Assembly: GCA_033875325.1 (NCBI GenBank)
Contig: JANRKA010000111.1
Location: 249 to 64,248 of the forward strand
Direction: 5' to 3'
Origin: Elusimicrobiota bacterium
GTDB taxonomy: Bacteria; Elusimicrobiota; Elusimicrobia; UBA1565; UBA9628
DNA length: 64,000 bases
In this document: positions 8,995-17,300 of the stretch, piece by piece
Layout: every line of letters starts with the position of its first letter
Position numbering within the stretch: position 1 is the stretch's first letter
Translations under genes and position numbers: made by a program
The notes under the pieces: model-generated
What the model was told of the DNA's origin: nothing
Seen by the model: the letters and a program-made list of their open reading frames with translations, nothing else
The model's database searches: none

Positions 8995-9993
8995 TCAGGG
9001 CGTCGTCACCATCGCCGTCAGGCGTCCGGCCAGGTCCGGGGAGACCTGCGCCGGGCGCCGGACGGCGACGGCCGCCTCGGCGGCCTCGGCCAGGACGCCT
9101 TCGCGCACGGCGCGCACCGCGGCGTCGATGCGGGCGCGTTGAGCGGTCACGGCGATCTTGCGGTCGTTGCCGATGACCGAGAAGACGATGACGCCGGCCT
9201 CGCCGGCGTCCACGAAGCCGGCCAGCGACGCCACGCCGGTGCGCGGCAGGGTCCCGGTCTTGGCGTGCACTCGTCCCGCCAGGTCGCCCAGGCGCGCGCG
9301 CAGCGTGCCGGCCTCGCCGGGCTCGGCCATGAGGGCCTTGAACTCCGCGTAGTGCTCCGAGCGCTTGATGTGCTCGAGCAAAGCGACCTCCAGGCGCGCC
9401 GAGGCGCGGTTGCGCGCGCTCAGGCCCGCGCCGTCGGCGACCACCAGCGACTCCGTGGGCAGTCCCAGTCCCGCGTAGAAACGCGTCATGGCGGCCGCGC
9501 CGCCGGAAAGGCGCAAGATGAGGTTGGCCATCGGGTTCACGCTGGCCTTGATCATGGTCGCGGCGTAGGCCAGGAAGGTGCGGAAGGGCGCCGGGTAGCG
9601 GCGACGCGCCTCCTTCTCCTTGATGAAGCCGAACCAGCCGGTGAACAGCTTCATGGTGGAGGCCGGGATCATCGCGACCTCGTTGTTGACCTGGGCCAAC
9701 GGGCGCGCGCGGCCGTCGGGCGCGACGAGCCGGAACTCGGCTCCCCAGTTGCCGCCGCCCAACGCCTGCTTGAGGGCGCGCTCATGGCGGTCCTCGGAGC
9801 CGGCCAGGCGGACCGGGGCGACGGGCTCGGGCCCGCCGTCTTCGGCCAATGCCGCGGCTTCCTCCGCGTCGTTCTCGTCGCAGAGCTCGCCTTCGCGCTC
9901 GGCGCAGGCGGCGGCGTCGTAGGCGGACGCGGAGGGAGCGAACAGGCACGGCGTGAAGAGCGCGGCGGCGAGGAGGAGGGGTCGGTGGCTCAT
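8995..9993 (-). CDS. Penicillin-binding / DD-peptidase-like serine hydrolase (compact S13/PBP4-like)
   Basis: SxxK (STMK), SxN (SVN) and KTG (HAKTGTL) motifs in order. Signal peptide MSHRPLLLAAALFTPCLFAPSASA from ATG 9993. Confidence 0.6.
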   Translation of the reverse strand: MSHRPLLLAAALFTPCLFAPSASAYDAAACAEREGELCDENDAEEAAALAEDGGPEPVAPVRLAGSEDRHERALKQALGGGNWGAEFRLVAPDGRARPLAQVNNEVAMIPASTMKLFTGWFGFIKEKEARRRYPAPFRTFLAYAATMIKASVNPMANLILRLSGGAAAMTRFYAGLGLPTESLVVADGAGLSARNRASARLEVALLEHIKRSEHYAEFKALMAEPGEAGTLRARLGDLAGRVHAKTGTLPRTGVASLAGFVDAGEAGVIVFSVIGNDRKIAVTAQRARIDAAVRAVREGVLAEAAEAAVAVRRPAQVSPDLAGRLTAMVTTP

Positions 9994-10136
9994 GCGACAG
10001 TGTGGCGTCGGCGCCGCGCGCCCTCGTGGGCCTAAAGACCCAGAGGCGGTAAAAACCGGGTAATACGGCATCTAGGACTTTCGGCCCATACCGCGGCACG
10101 CCTCCGCGAGGCATCCTACGGGAGTCGGGAGGTACC

Positions 10137-10874
10137 ATGACCACGCGAGAACCCCTCACGCTGCTCCTGCTGTTGGCCGCCTTCAACTCGCCGGCGCGCG
10201 CGGAGGACGCGACGCCGCCGACGGCGCCGCTCGTCGCGCAGATGCGAGCCGTGGGCGCGGGCGGCGCCTGTCGCCCGGTGCCGACGCGCGCGGGATTCCA
10301 ACGCCTGGACGCGTCCTGTCGCCACCGCCTCGCCTGCGAGACCATGCGCGAGCGCCTCAAGACGGCCCGGGAGCTCCTGCGCAGGCCGGCCTGCGACGCC
10401 TTGTTCCGCCGCGCGCGCGTCATCGGCATCAAGAACCACGGGCAGAGCCCGCTGTACTACTTCGACGCGCTCGACGACGCCGGCGTGTGCGCGGACAACC
10501 CGAACCTCACGCCCGAGCAGAACTTGAACCAGAGCTTCGAGAGCGCCGTCTCCAAGGTGTTCATCTCGGACTCCTGCGGCGGCGGGCTGGCCAACGGCCA
10601 GGGCCGCGGCTCGGAAGGCAAGATGTGCATCACGGCCGAGAACTTCCTCTACGGCGTCGCCGACGGCTTCGACGAGCGCACGGGGGTGTACTGGAGCCAG
10701 CTCCAGCTCATCCTGCACGAGTTCGGCCACAACCTCGACGCCATCTACGACGAGAACGGCGAAGGCTCGAGCGTGGACAACCAGCGCCTCATCGGCTGGC
10801 ACTGCATCGAGCAGTCGGGCGACCCCGCGGCGGCCGCGGCCTACCAGGGTTCCGCCGTGCCGCTGCGCCCCTAG
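10137..10874 (+). CDS. Secreted putative zinc metalloprotease (HExxH)
   Basis: GGGAGG SD 4 nt before ATG 10137. Signal peptide ...LLLLAAFNSPARAED. ILHEFGHNLD zinc-binding motif. Confidence 0.6.
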   Translation: MTTREPLTLLLLLAAFNSPARAEDATPPTAPLVAQMRAVGAGGACRPVPTRAGFQRLDASCRHRLACETMRERLKTARELLRRPACDALFRRARVIGIKNHGQSPLYYFDALDDAGVCADNPNLTPEQNLNQSFESAVSKVFISDSCGGGLANGQGRGSEGKMCITAENFLYGVADGFDERTGVYWSQLQLILHEFGHNLDAIYDENGEGSSVDNQRLIGWHCIEQSGDPAAAAAYQGSAVPLRP

Positions 10875-11536
10875 CGGGCAGACAGCGTCAAGTCCGCGTA
10901 CCAGGCCTCGGCCGTCCCGCGGGTGTCGTCGGCGTCGGTCATGACGGCGATGCCGGCGTAGGGCGGGGGCTCCTCGCCGAAGAGCCGCCGGTAATCGGCC
11001 AACACGTCGCGTTCTTCCGCGCGCCAGCTTCCGGCCTCCCCGTCGCCCGAGCGCACGGCGACCATCATGACGCGGTCGGAGTAGGCGTTGGGCACGGAGC
11101 GTCCCGCGTCGAGCTTGTTGGCCCAGATGTAGTTGATGGCCGCGTGCGGGGGGTATTCGCCGCGCAGCCGCTTGGCCAAGCCGTATTTGAAACGCATGCC
11201 GGCGCTCGCGCGGGCCGGGTCGTAGATGAAAGCCACGTAGACGCGCGCCGCGTAGTCGTCGCCCGACTTGCGGCGCTCGTCGCCTTCGGGCAAAGTCCCG
11301 GCGACCTTCCAGCGCCAACGCAGCACGGGCGTCTCGGCGACGGGCCGCTTGAAGCGGACGATGAGCCCGGAAGCCGACGCGTCGGCTTTGGCGTGCAGCG
11401 CGCGCTCGACGGGCGACCACTCGTAGGCGGTCGTCGCGCGTTTGGCGAAGGACAACGGCTCCCAGCCCGAGGGCAGGCCCGCCGGGCCCAGGAGGGGGGC
11501 CGAGGAGAGCAGGACGGTCAGGACGGCCGCGTGCAT
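10871..11536 (-). CDS. DUF3047-like secreted protein
   Basis: Signal-like N-terminus. Blocks WRWKV...DDYAARVYVAF...INYIWAN...AVMTDADDT resemble DUF3047 as I recall it. The stop overlaps the convergent gene stop (CTAG). Confidence 0.55.
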   Translation of the reverse strand: MHAAVLTVLLSSAPLLGPAGLPSGWEPLSFAKRATTAYEWSPVERALHAKADASASGLIVRFKRPVAETPVLRWRWKVAGTLPEGDERRKSGDDYAARVYVAFIYDPARASAGMRFKYGLAKRLRGEYPPHAAINYIWANKLDAGRSVPNAYSDRVMMVAVRSGDGEAGSWRAEERDVLADYRRLFGEEPPPYAGIAVMTDADDTRGTAEAWYADLTLSAR

Positions 11537-11570
11537 GGGCGAGAAGTTAGCATTCTCCTGCGCGCGGGTG

Positions 11571-11579
11571 TGCTATCGT
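11571..11579 (+). promoter_or_regulatory. Extended -10-like element TGcTATCGT, 6 nt upstream of the caspase-like gene ATG
   Basis: tgctatcgt 11571-11579; ATG 11586. The divergent partner TGcTAACTT is on the minus strand at 11552-11544, 7 nt from ATG 11536. Confidence 0.35.
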
Positions 11580-11585
11580 AATTTC

Positions 11586-13583
11586 ATGCGAATTCAATCC
11601 GTGGCCGTCATCCTGGCTGTGGCGGGGACCTTGCCGTGCGCAGCGGCGCGGCACGAGGCGCGCATGCTCGGCGAGCAGCCGGGGCAGCCTACTTTGGGCG
11701 CCTCGGCGATGTACCGAGAATCGGCGACGAGCATCGTCGTCTGGCGGCTGCCGGACGGCGAGCAGGTGGCCTTCTACCCGCGGCCGCGTCCCGCCAAAGG
11801 ACACCGCGCGGCCGGGTTCGTCGCGGCGGGCTTGCCGACCGGACAGCGGCGGTTGCTCGCGTGGACATTCGACGAGAGCCTTTCCACGGGCACGCCGCGT
11901 TCCATGCTGGCGCGGCTGCACGCGTTCGAGGCGCCGGGCGAAGAACCCGGTCGAGAGCTCTTCGCGACGCGCTTGGACGCGACGCTTCATGAAGCGGTCA
12001 ATCTCGTCCGAGCCGAGTATTCGCCGGGTGAGCGCCGCGCCGTGGTGCGGATCAAGTCGCCCGACCATGTCCGCAAGTCCTACGCCTTCCATCGCTTGAC
12101 GGTGGACCTGGAGGCGGGACGCGTCGAGGTCGCCTCGGCGACCTACGCGATGGACGCGCGTCACCACGCCGGTTACGCCTACGCATACGACGCTGAGGAC
12201 CCCATCCCGCACAGCGACCACGCCGAGGTCAAGATCGACGACGACGGCCGTCTCATCGCGCTGGAGTACGAGAACGACACGGCGATGACGGTTGACGCGC
12301 GTACCGGCAAGCGCATCGCCTTGCTTCAGGGCGTGCCCGCGAAATCCTATCGAGGAACCTGGCTCGACGGGCCCGGACACGCCTTCGAGCTCTCTGACGC
12401 GGACGCGGGGCGCGTCCGATTGATGATCTGGGATGCGATGACGGGCCGCAAGAACGTGGAGCGAGTCTTGCCCGACTCGGTCTTGAAGCAGGGCTTGGAG
12501 TTCGCGCCGCGCAAGGCGCTGTTCCTGGAGCGGGCGTCGTCTGACAGCGTTCGGGTCTGGGATCTCGCTTCGCAGGACGAGCCCGCCACCATAGGGCCCT
12601 TGTCGGAGGTGGACCGATGGGGTGGCTTCGTCCCGGGTCACGGTCGTCAGGCGCAGCTTTCAGACGACGGCTCCTATCTGGTCTATCGCTCGAGCGGGCG
12701 CTACCGCGTGGCGTCGATCGACCCGCCCATCACGCCATCGTATTCGCCCGCGGGGCATGCGTCGTCCGTGGCCGCGCTCGTCAACGTGGATGACCCGCCC
12801 GTGACGCGTACTCCTCGGGCCCCGGATGCCTATGCGGTGGTCATCGGTGTGTCGAAGTACAGGTCGAACGGCATCCCGCCGGTCTCCGACGCGCTCCGTG
12901 ACGCGCGGGCCGTGTACGCGACCTTGACGCGCTCCATGGGTTTCGACGCAGCCAACACGCTCCTACTGCTCGATGGGCAGGCCGGCCGGGCCGACCTCGA
13001 CAAGAGCCTGGGTCCGTGGCTGCGCAACCGTGTCGGGCCGCGCTCGCGCGTCTTCGTCTATTTCTCCGGTCACGGCGCGCCCAATCCCGTCTCAGGCGAG
13101 GGCTACCTCATGCCCTTCGACGGAGACCCCAACTACCTCGCCGAGACCGCTTATCCGCTGACCCGCCTCTACGCCGAGCTCGCGGCCTTGCCCACGCGAG
13201 AGGTCACCGTCGTGCTCGATTCCTGCTTCTCGGGACGCGGCGACAGATCTCTTCTGGCCGCCGGCGCCAGGCCTCTGGTCGTCTCCAAGCCGCAGGCGGC
13301 GGGCGACAATACCGTCGTCATCTCGGCCTCCGCCTCGACCCAGATCAGCTTATCGCACCGGCGCGCCCGTCATGGGCTGCTCACCTATCATCTGCTGGAG
13401 GGCTTGCGCGGTCCGGCCGACGCCGATGGGGACGGCCAGGTCACGGCGGCGGAAGCGTTCGGCTACGCGCGGCCGGCCGTTGAACGCGAAGCCCGGCTGC
13501 AGAACGCCGAGCAGACGCCGGTAGCGTCGCCTTCCCAGGAGAGGTTGGCGGCGACCGCTCCCTGGGTGCTGCTCAAAAAATAG
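11586..13583 (+). CDS. Exported caspase-family (peptidase C14) protein with N-terminal WD40-like beta-propeller region and C-terminal EF-hand-like loop
   Basis: Signal peptide MRIQSVAVILAVAGTLPCAAA. Blade-like segments (VRVWDL, MIWDAMTGR, LSDDGSYLVY). Catalytic dyad contexts YFSGHGAP and VVLDSCFSG. DADGDGQVTAAE matches a 12-residue EF-hand loop. Confidence 0.8.
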   Translation: MRIQSVAVILAVAGTLPCAAARHEARMLGEQPGQPTLGASAMYRESATSIVVWRLPDGEQVAFYPRPRPAKGHRAAGFVAAGLPTGQRRLLAWTFDESLSTGTPRSMLARLHAFEAPGEEPGRELFATRLDATLHEAVNLVRAEYSPGERRAVVRIKSPDHVRKSYAFHRLTVDLEAGRVEVASATYAMDARHHAGYAYAYDAEDPIPHSDHAEVKIDDDGRLIALEYENDTAMTVDARTGKRIALLQGVPAKSYRGTWLDGPGHAFELSDADAGRVRLMIWDAMTGRKNVERVLPDSVLKQGLEFAPRKALFLERASSDSVRVWDLASQDEPATIGPLSEVDRWGGFVPGHGRQAQLSDDGSYLVYRSSGRYRVASIDPPITPSYSPAGHASSVAALVNVDDPPVTRTPRAPDAYAVVIGVSKYRSNGIPPVSDALRDARAVYATLTRSMGFDAANTLLLLDGQAGRADLDKSLGPWLRNRVGPRSRVFVYFSGHGAPNPVSGEGYLMPFDGDPNYLAETAYPLTRLYAELAALPTREVTVVLDSCFSGRGDRSLLAAGARPLVVSKPQAAGDNTVVISASASTQISLSHRRARHGLLTYHLLEGLRGPADADGDGQVTAAEAFGYARPAVEREARLQNAEQTPVASPSQERLAATAPWVLLKK

Positions 13584-13590
13584 GCGGCGT

Positions 13591-14367
13591 TCACAGCCGA
13601 GGCGACTGGGGCTCGCCGGAGCGCCCGAGGCGCGCGTCGGAGCGGACGGGCTCGACGGGCGCGGTCGCGGCGTCTCCCGGAGCGCGCAAGAGCAGCAGCA
13701 GCGGGTCCTCGGCGCCGGCGGCTTCGGCAAGGACCTTCGCCTCTTCCGGCGTGACGGCGAGCTGCACGCTGGCCCATTCCTCCTCGCTGCGGGCCTGGTC
13801 GCGCCCGAGCACGAGCGCGTCCTGGACGGCGACGCGCGCCACGAGCTCCTCCTTGGCGCCTTTGGCGCCGGCGCGGGTGAGCACCGCGTCCACGCGTTGG
13901 CCCGGGGACAGGAACTCGACCTGGTCCGGGTGCGCGACGACGGCGGCGCCGACTCGTCCCGGTCCGAGAGCGGCGGGCGAGGCGGCGCGCGCCCGCGACA
14001 GGGCGGCGCGCGGCCGCGCGAGCTCGTGGAGCAGCAGCTTCCTCTCCAGGTCGAGCGCGAGAGCGACCCACTGCGCCTGGGCGGGGGTCAAGGCGACCTG
14101 GACGAGCGCGTTCTCCTTCGACCAGGCGGCGTCCACGCGCAGGACCTCGGCGTCCGGCGCCACGGACTCCGAGCGAGGGTCCGGCGCGCCGTCCGGCCGC
14201 GTGCCGTCCGTCAGCACGACGAGCTCGACCGTGTCGCCGGGCTGGAGGTAGCGCGCTTGTCCGGGCGCGACGGGAACGGTCACGCCGCGTTTGCCCGCGG
14301 GCGGGGCGTACCCGGGCCCCGCGGGAGAGCAGGAGGCGAGCGCGGCGACCAGGAGGAGGCGGCGCAT
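13591..14367 (-). CDS. Lipoprotein with two tandem RcpC/CpaB-like beta-clip repeats
   Basis: ATG 14367 shares one base with the SprA-like stop (TGATG). Lipobox LVAALASC. Two repeats share the pattern L-PGD-V-(L/A)V...DA-VL...V-LA(L/V)TP--A--(V/L)A-A...L-L-L typical of the RcpC C-terminal domain. Confidence 0.6.
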   Translation of the reverse strand: MRRLLLVAALASCSPAGPGYAPPAGKRGVTVPVAPGQARYLQPGDTVELVVLTDGTRPDGAPDPRSESVAPDAEVLRVDAAWSKENALVQVALTPAQAQWVALALDLERKLLLHELARPRAALSRARAASPAALGPGRVGAAVVAHPDQVEFLSPGQRVDAVLTRAGAKGAKEELVARVAVQDALVLGRDQARSEEEWASVQLAVTPEEAKVLAEAAGAEDPLLLLLRAPGDAATAPVEPVRSDARLGRSGEPQSPRL

Positions 14368-17300
14368 CAGAATTGGAAGGTGAGGGTCGTGCCGAACTGA
14401 TAGGACACGAAGTCCTCCTCCTTGAGAAATTTGTGCCACAGGCGCTGCATCGAGCCGTTGAGGGTCATGCGCAGGTTCTTGGCGATCTCGTAGTCGCCGC
14501 TGGTGTTGAAGGAGAAGAGGCGCGAGTTGTCGGCGACGGTCACCGGCGAGCGGCGCATCGCCATGGACAAGGTCGAGGTCCAGATGATGCGGTTGGTGAA
14601 CAGCAGGGGTTTGGCCGAGCCGGGCAGGCGCAGGCCCGCCGGCAGGGCCAGGTCGGCGCGGGCCAGCACGCTGGGCGTGATGACCTCGACGTCCTGGGTC
14701 TTCACGCCGGTGCCGAGCTGGTTGGAGTCCTTGGAGTAGTCGGTCTTGGGCGTGAGGCGGAACTTGCCCAGGTCGAAGGTGACCTGGACGGTGGCGTCCT
14801 CGTGTTTGGTGAGCTGGGTGTTGGCGTCCACGCGCAGGTCCTTGTTGTCGGTGCGGCGGCGGTTGTAGCTGATGAGGGTGTCGTAGCGCTTCCACGCGAT
14901 GGTGCGCAGGTCGGTGCCGAAGCTGTCCTCGGTGTTGAAAGTGGAGCCCACGTTCTCGACGGTGCGGCGCGCGAACTTGAAGTTCATCTGGGCGTTCGAC
15001 AGGAAACGCTCCGCGAACCAGAGCTGCTCGAGCTGCGCCAGGCTGATGACGGCGTCAGGCAGAGTGCGCGAGACGGTCTTCGACTGCGTGCCCGTCACCT
15101 CGGACTTCTGGACGCTGAGCACGTAGTTGTTGGACAGCGACAGCGTCTTGAAGGACGCCAGGCGCCCGCGGATGTCGTAGGCCTCCAGCGGCGACCAGCG
15201 CTGGGTCGAGCTCCAGGTGTCGCGCACCGTGAGGTTGGCTCGCTGCGCCGCGGGGTTGTTCGGGCGCAGCGGCGAGCGCACCCACAATGCGGTCTTGGTG
15301 TCGAGGTCCTTCTCCACCTGGTTCCAGACGTCGCCGTCCTGCAGCTGGTAGCCGGAGACGATGTTCATCGAGCGCAGCAGCTTCACGCGCTGGGTGATGT
15401 CGCCGATGGTCAGCGGCAGGGAGATGGAGCCGTTGGCCGAGCGGTTGACCGTCTTGATGTCGCCGACCTGGAAGACGTAGGTGGAGGTGCGCACCACGAA
15501 GGTCGAGATGTTGAGGATGTTGTTCTCGATGGTGTCCACCTGGTAGTTGACCTGCGGGTTGAGCCAGCGGGTGAGGCGGAAGTTCGACGAGAAGCCCGCG
15601 CTCTGGTTGAAGGACTTCGGGTAGCGCGAGCTGACCGGCAGGCCGGTCTGGAACTCGGTACGGTTCTCGGTCACCTTGGTCATGCTCCAGGTCGGGTTGA
15701 ACGAGGACGCCGTCCAGGGCTGGAAGGTCAGGCGCAGGCCGTAGCTGTTGGTCCGCTCCTCGGTGTTGAAGTTGCCGGGCAGAGCGCGCACGTCCGGGCG
15801 CTCGAAGCTGACGTCATAGCGGATGTGGCCGGCGGTGGCGTCCACGGTTTTGGGCAGGAAGCGGCTGTCCCACGGCACGCCGTACTGGAGCGTGCCGTTG
15901 AAGGTCTTGCGGTCGTCCAAACGGGTGAGCAGGTCGTATTCGATGCGGTTGCGCGTGTGCGACATGGAGAGGCGGGGGTAGGCGCCGTAGGCGACGTTGC
16001 CCTGGGCGCTGCCCGTCCAGGTCGTGACCTTGCCCTGCTGGAGCAGGTTCACGAGGTTGGACAGCTGCCCGGTCTGGACCGTGCTCGGCGTGTCGGTCAC
16101 CGTGCGCTGCAGGTTGAAGGTCATGGGGAACCAGGAGAGCCGCGTCCAGTTGAGGTAGGCGGAGTCGTCGCGGCGGTCCTGGTTGGAGACCACCGAGGTC
16201 GGCGTCTGGAAGTTCTTGTCCACGAAGCGGTGTTTGGCCCCGAAGGTCGCCCAACCGGGCACCTCGAAGTCGGCCGACAGTTTCTGCGCGTTGCCGACGC
16301 GCGTCACCGGCTCGGCCACGTGGATCTCGTTGAGGAAGATGGTGCCGCAGGCCGTGGTGTTGGGCGTGCAGTTGTTGTCCGTCACGGGGCCGGTCACCCG
16401 CACGCCGGCGTAGAGAGCGCCGACCTGCTGGAGCGTGGGCGCGCCGCTGGTCACGACCACGGTGCCCGGCGTCGCGGACTTCCAGACGTCGGCCACGGAG
16501 TCGGAGTTCACGTCGCTCTGCTCGATGCGAATCTTCTGCCAGCCGGTGGAGCCCAGGGGCACCTGCACCTCGAAGAAGTCGCGGTCGGAGCCGGCGCGCA
16601 GGAAGAAGACGGCGTTCGTGCTGATGGCGACTCCCGTGCCGCCGCTCGTGTTGAGCAGGAAGTTGAAGTATTTGTGCTGGCTGATGTCCACGGCGCGCGA
16701 GAACACGCGCTTGGTGTGCACGGTCGCGCTGCTCGTCATGCCGTCGAAACGCAGCTGCAGGGCCTGCTCGGACAGGTTCTTGGAGTTGGCCTGCTTCTGC
16801 AGGTTGCTCAGGCTGCCGTAGAGGTCGTTGAAGACGGAGGCCGCGTCGCCGCCGGCGTTGTAGATGGGCGTGTAGGTGGGGTTGTCCACGCTGTTGACGG
16901 GCGTGACGACGAGCGCCTCGCTCGCGACCGGCAGCGCGGTGCTCGACGGGTCGCCGGCCGCTCCGCGCAGCCAGGTGTTGCCGACGACGGCGATGCGCGC
17001 GAACTTCACGCCACCGGCGGCCGCGCCGCCGGCCGGCCGGCGGATGGTCACGCGCAGCTGCTTGACCGCCGTCCAGGCCGACGCGGTGCCCGACGAGATG
17101 TTGAGCGGTATCTGCAGCGTGTGCCAGCCGGTGTTCGCCCCGGTCGGGCCGAAGTCGATGGCCGTGCGCGTGCTGGAGGTCGTCGCGTCGAAGAGTTTGT
17201 CGGCCGTCGCGGAGGTGCAGTTGGCCCCGCCGGTGCGGCAGGCGAAGCCGAAGCTGCCGCCGGTGAAGTCCAACGGGTCGAGCTTGCCGTTGCGGTTCAA

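Noticed and set aside
8995-9993. Possible class A beta-lactamase call for the SxxK/SxN/KTG protein
   Set aside because: The motif spacing and surrounding sequence look more like a compact DD-peptidase (S13-like) than a class A enzyme. It cannot be decided by eye, so only the generic serine-hydrolase/PBP-like call is kept.
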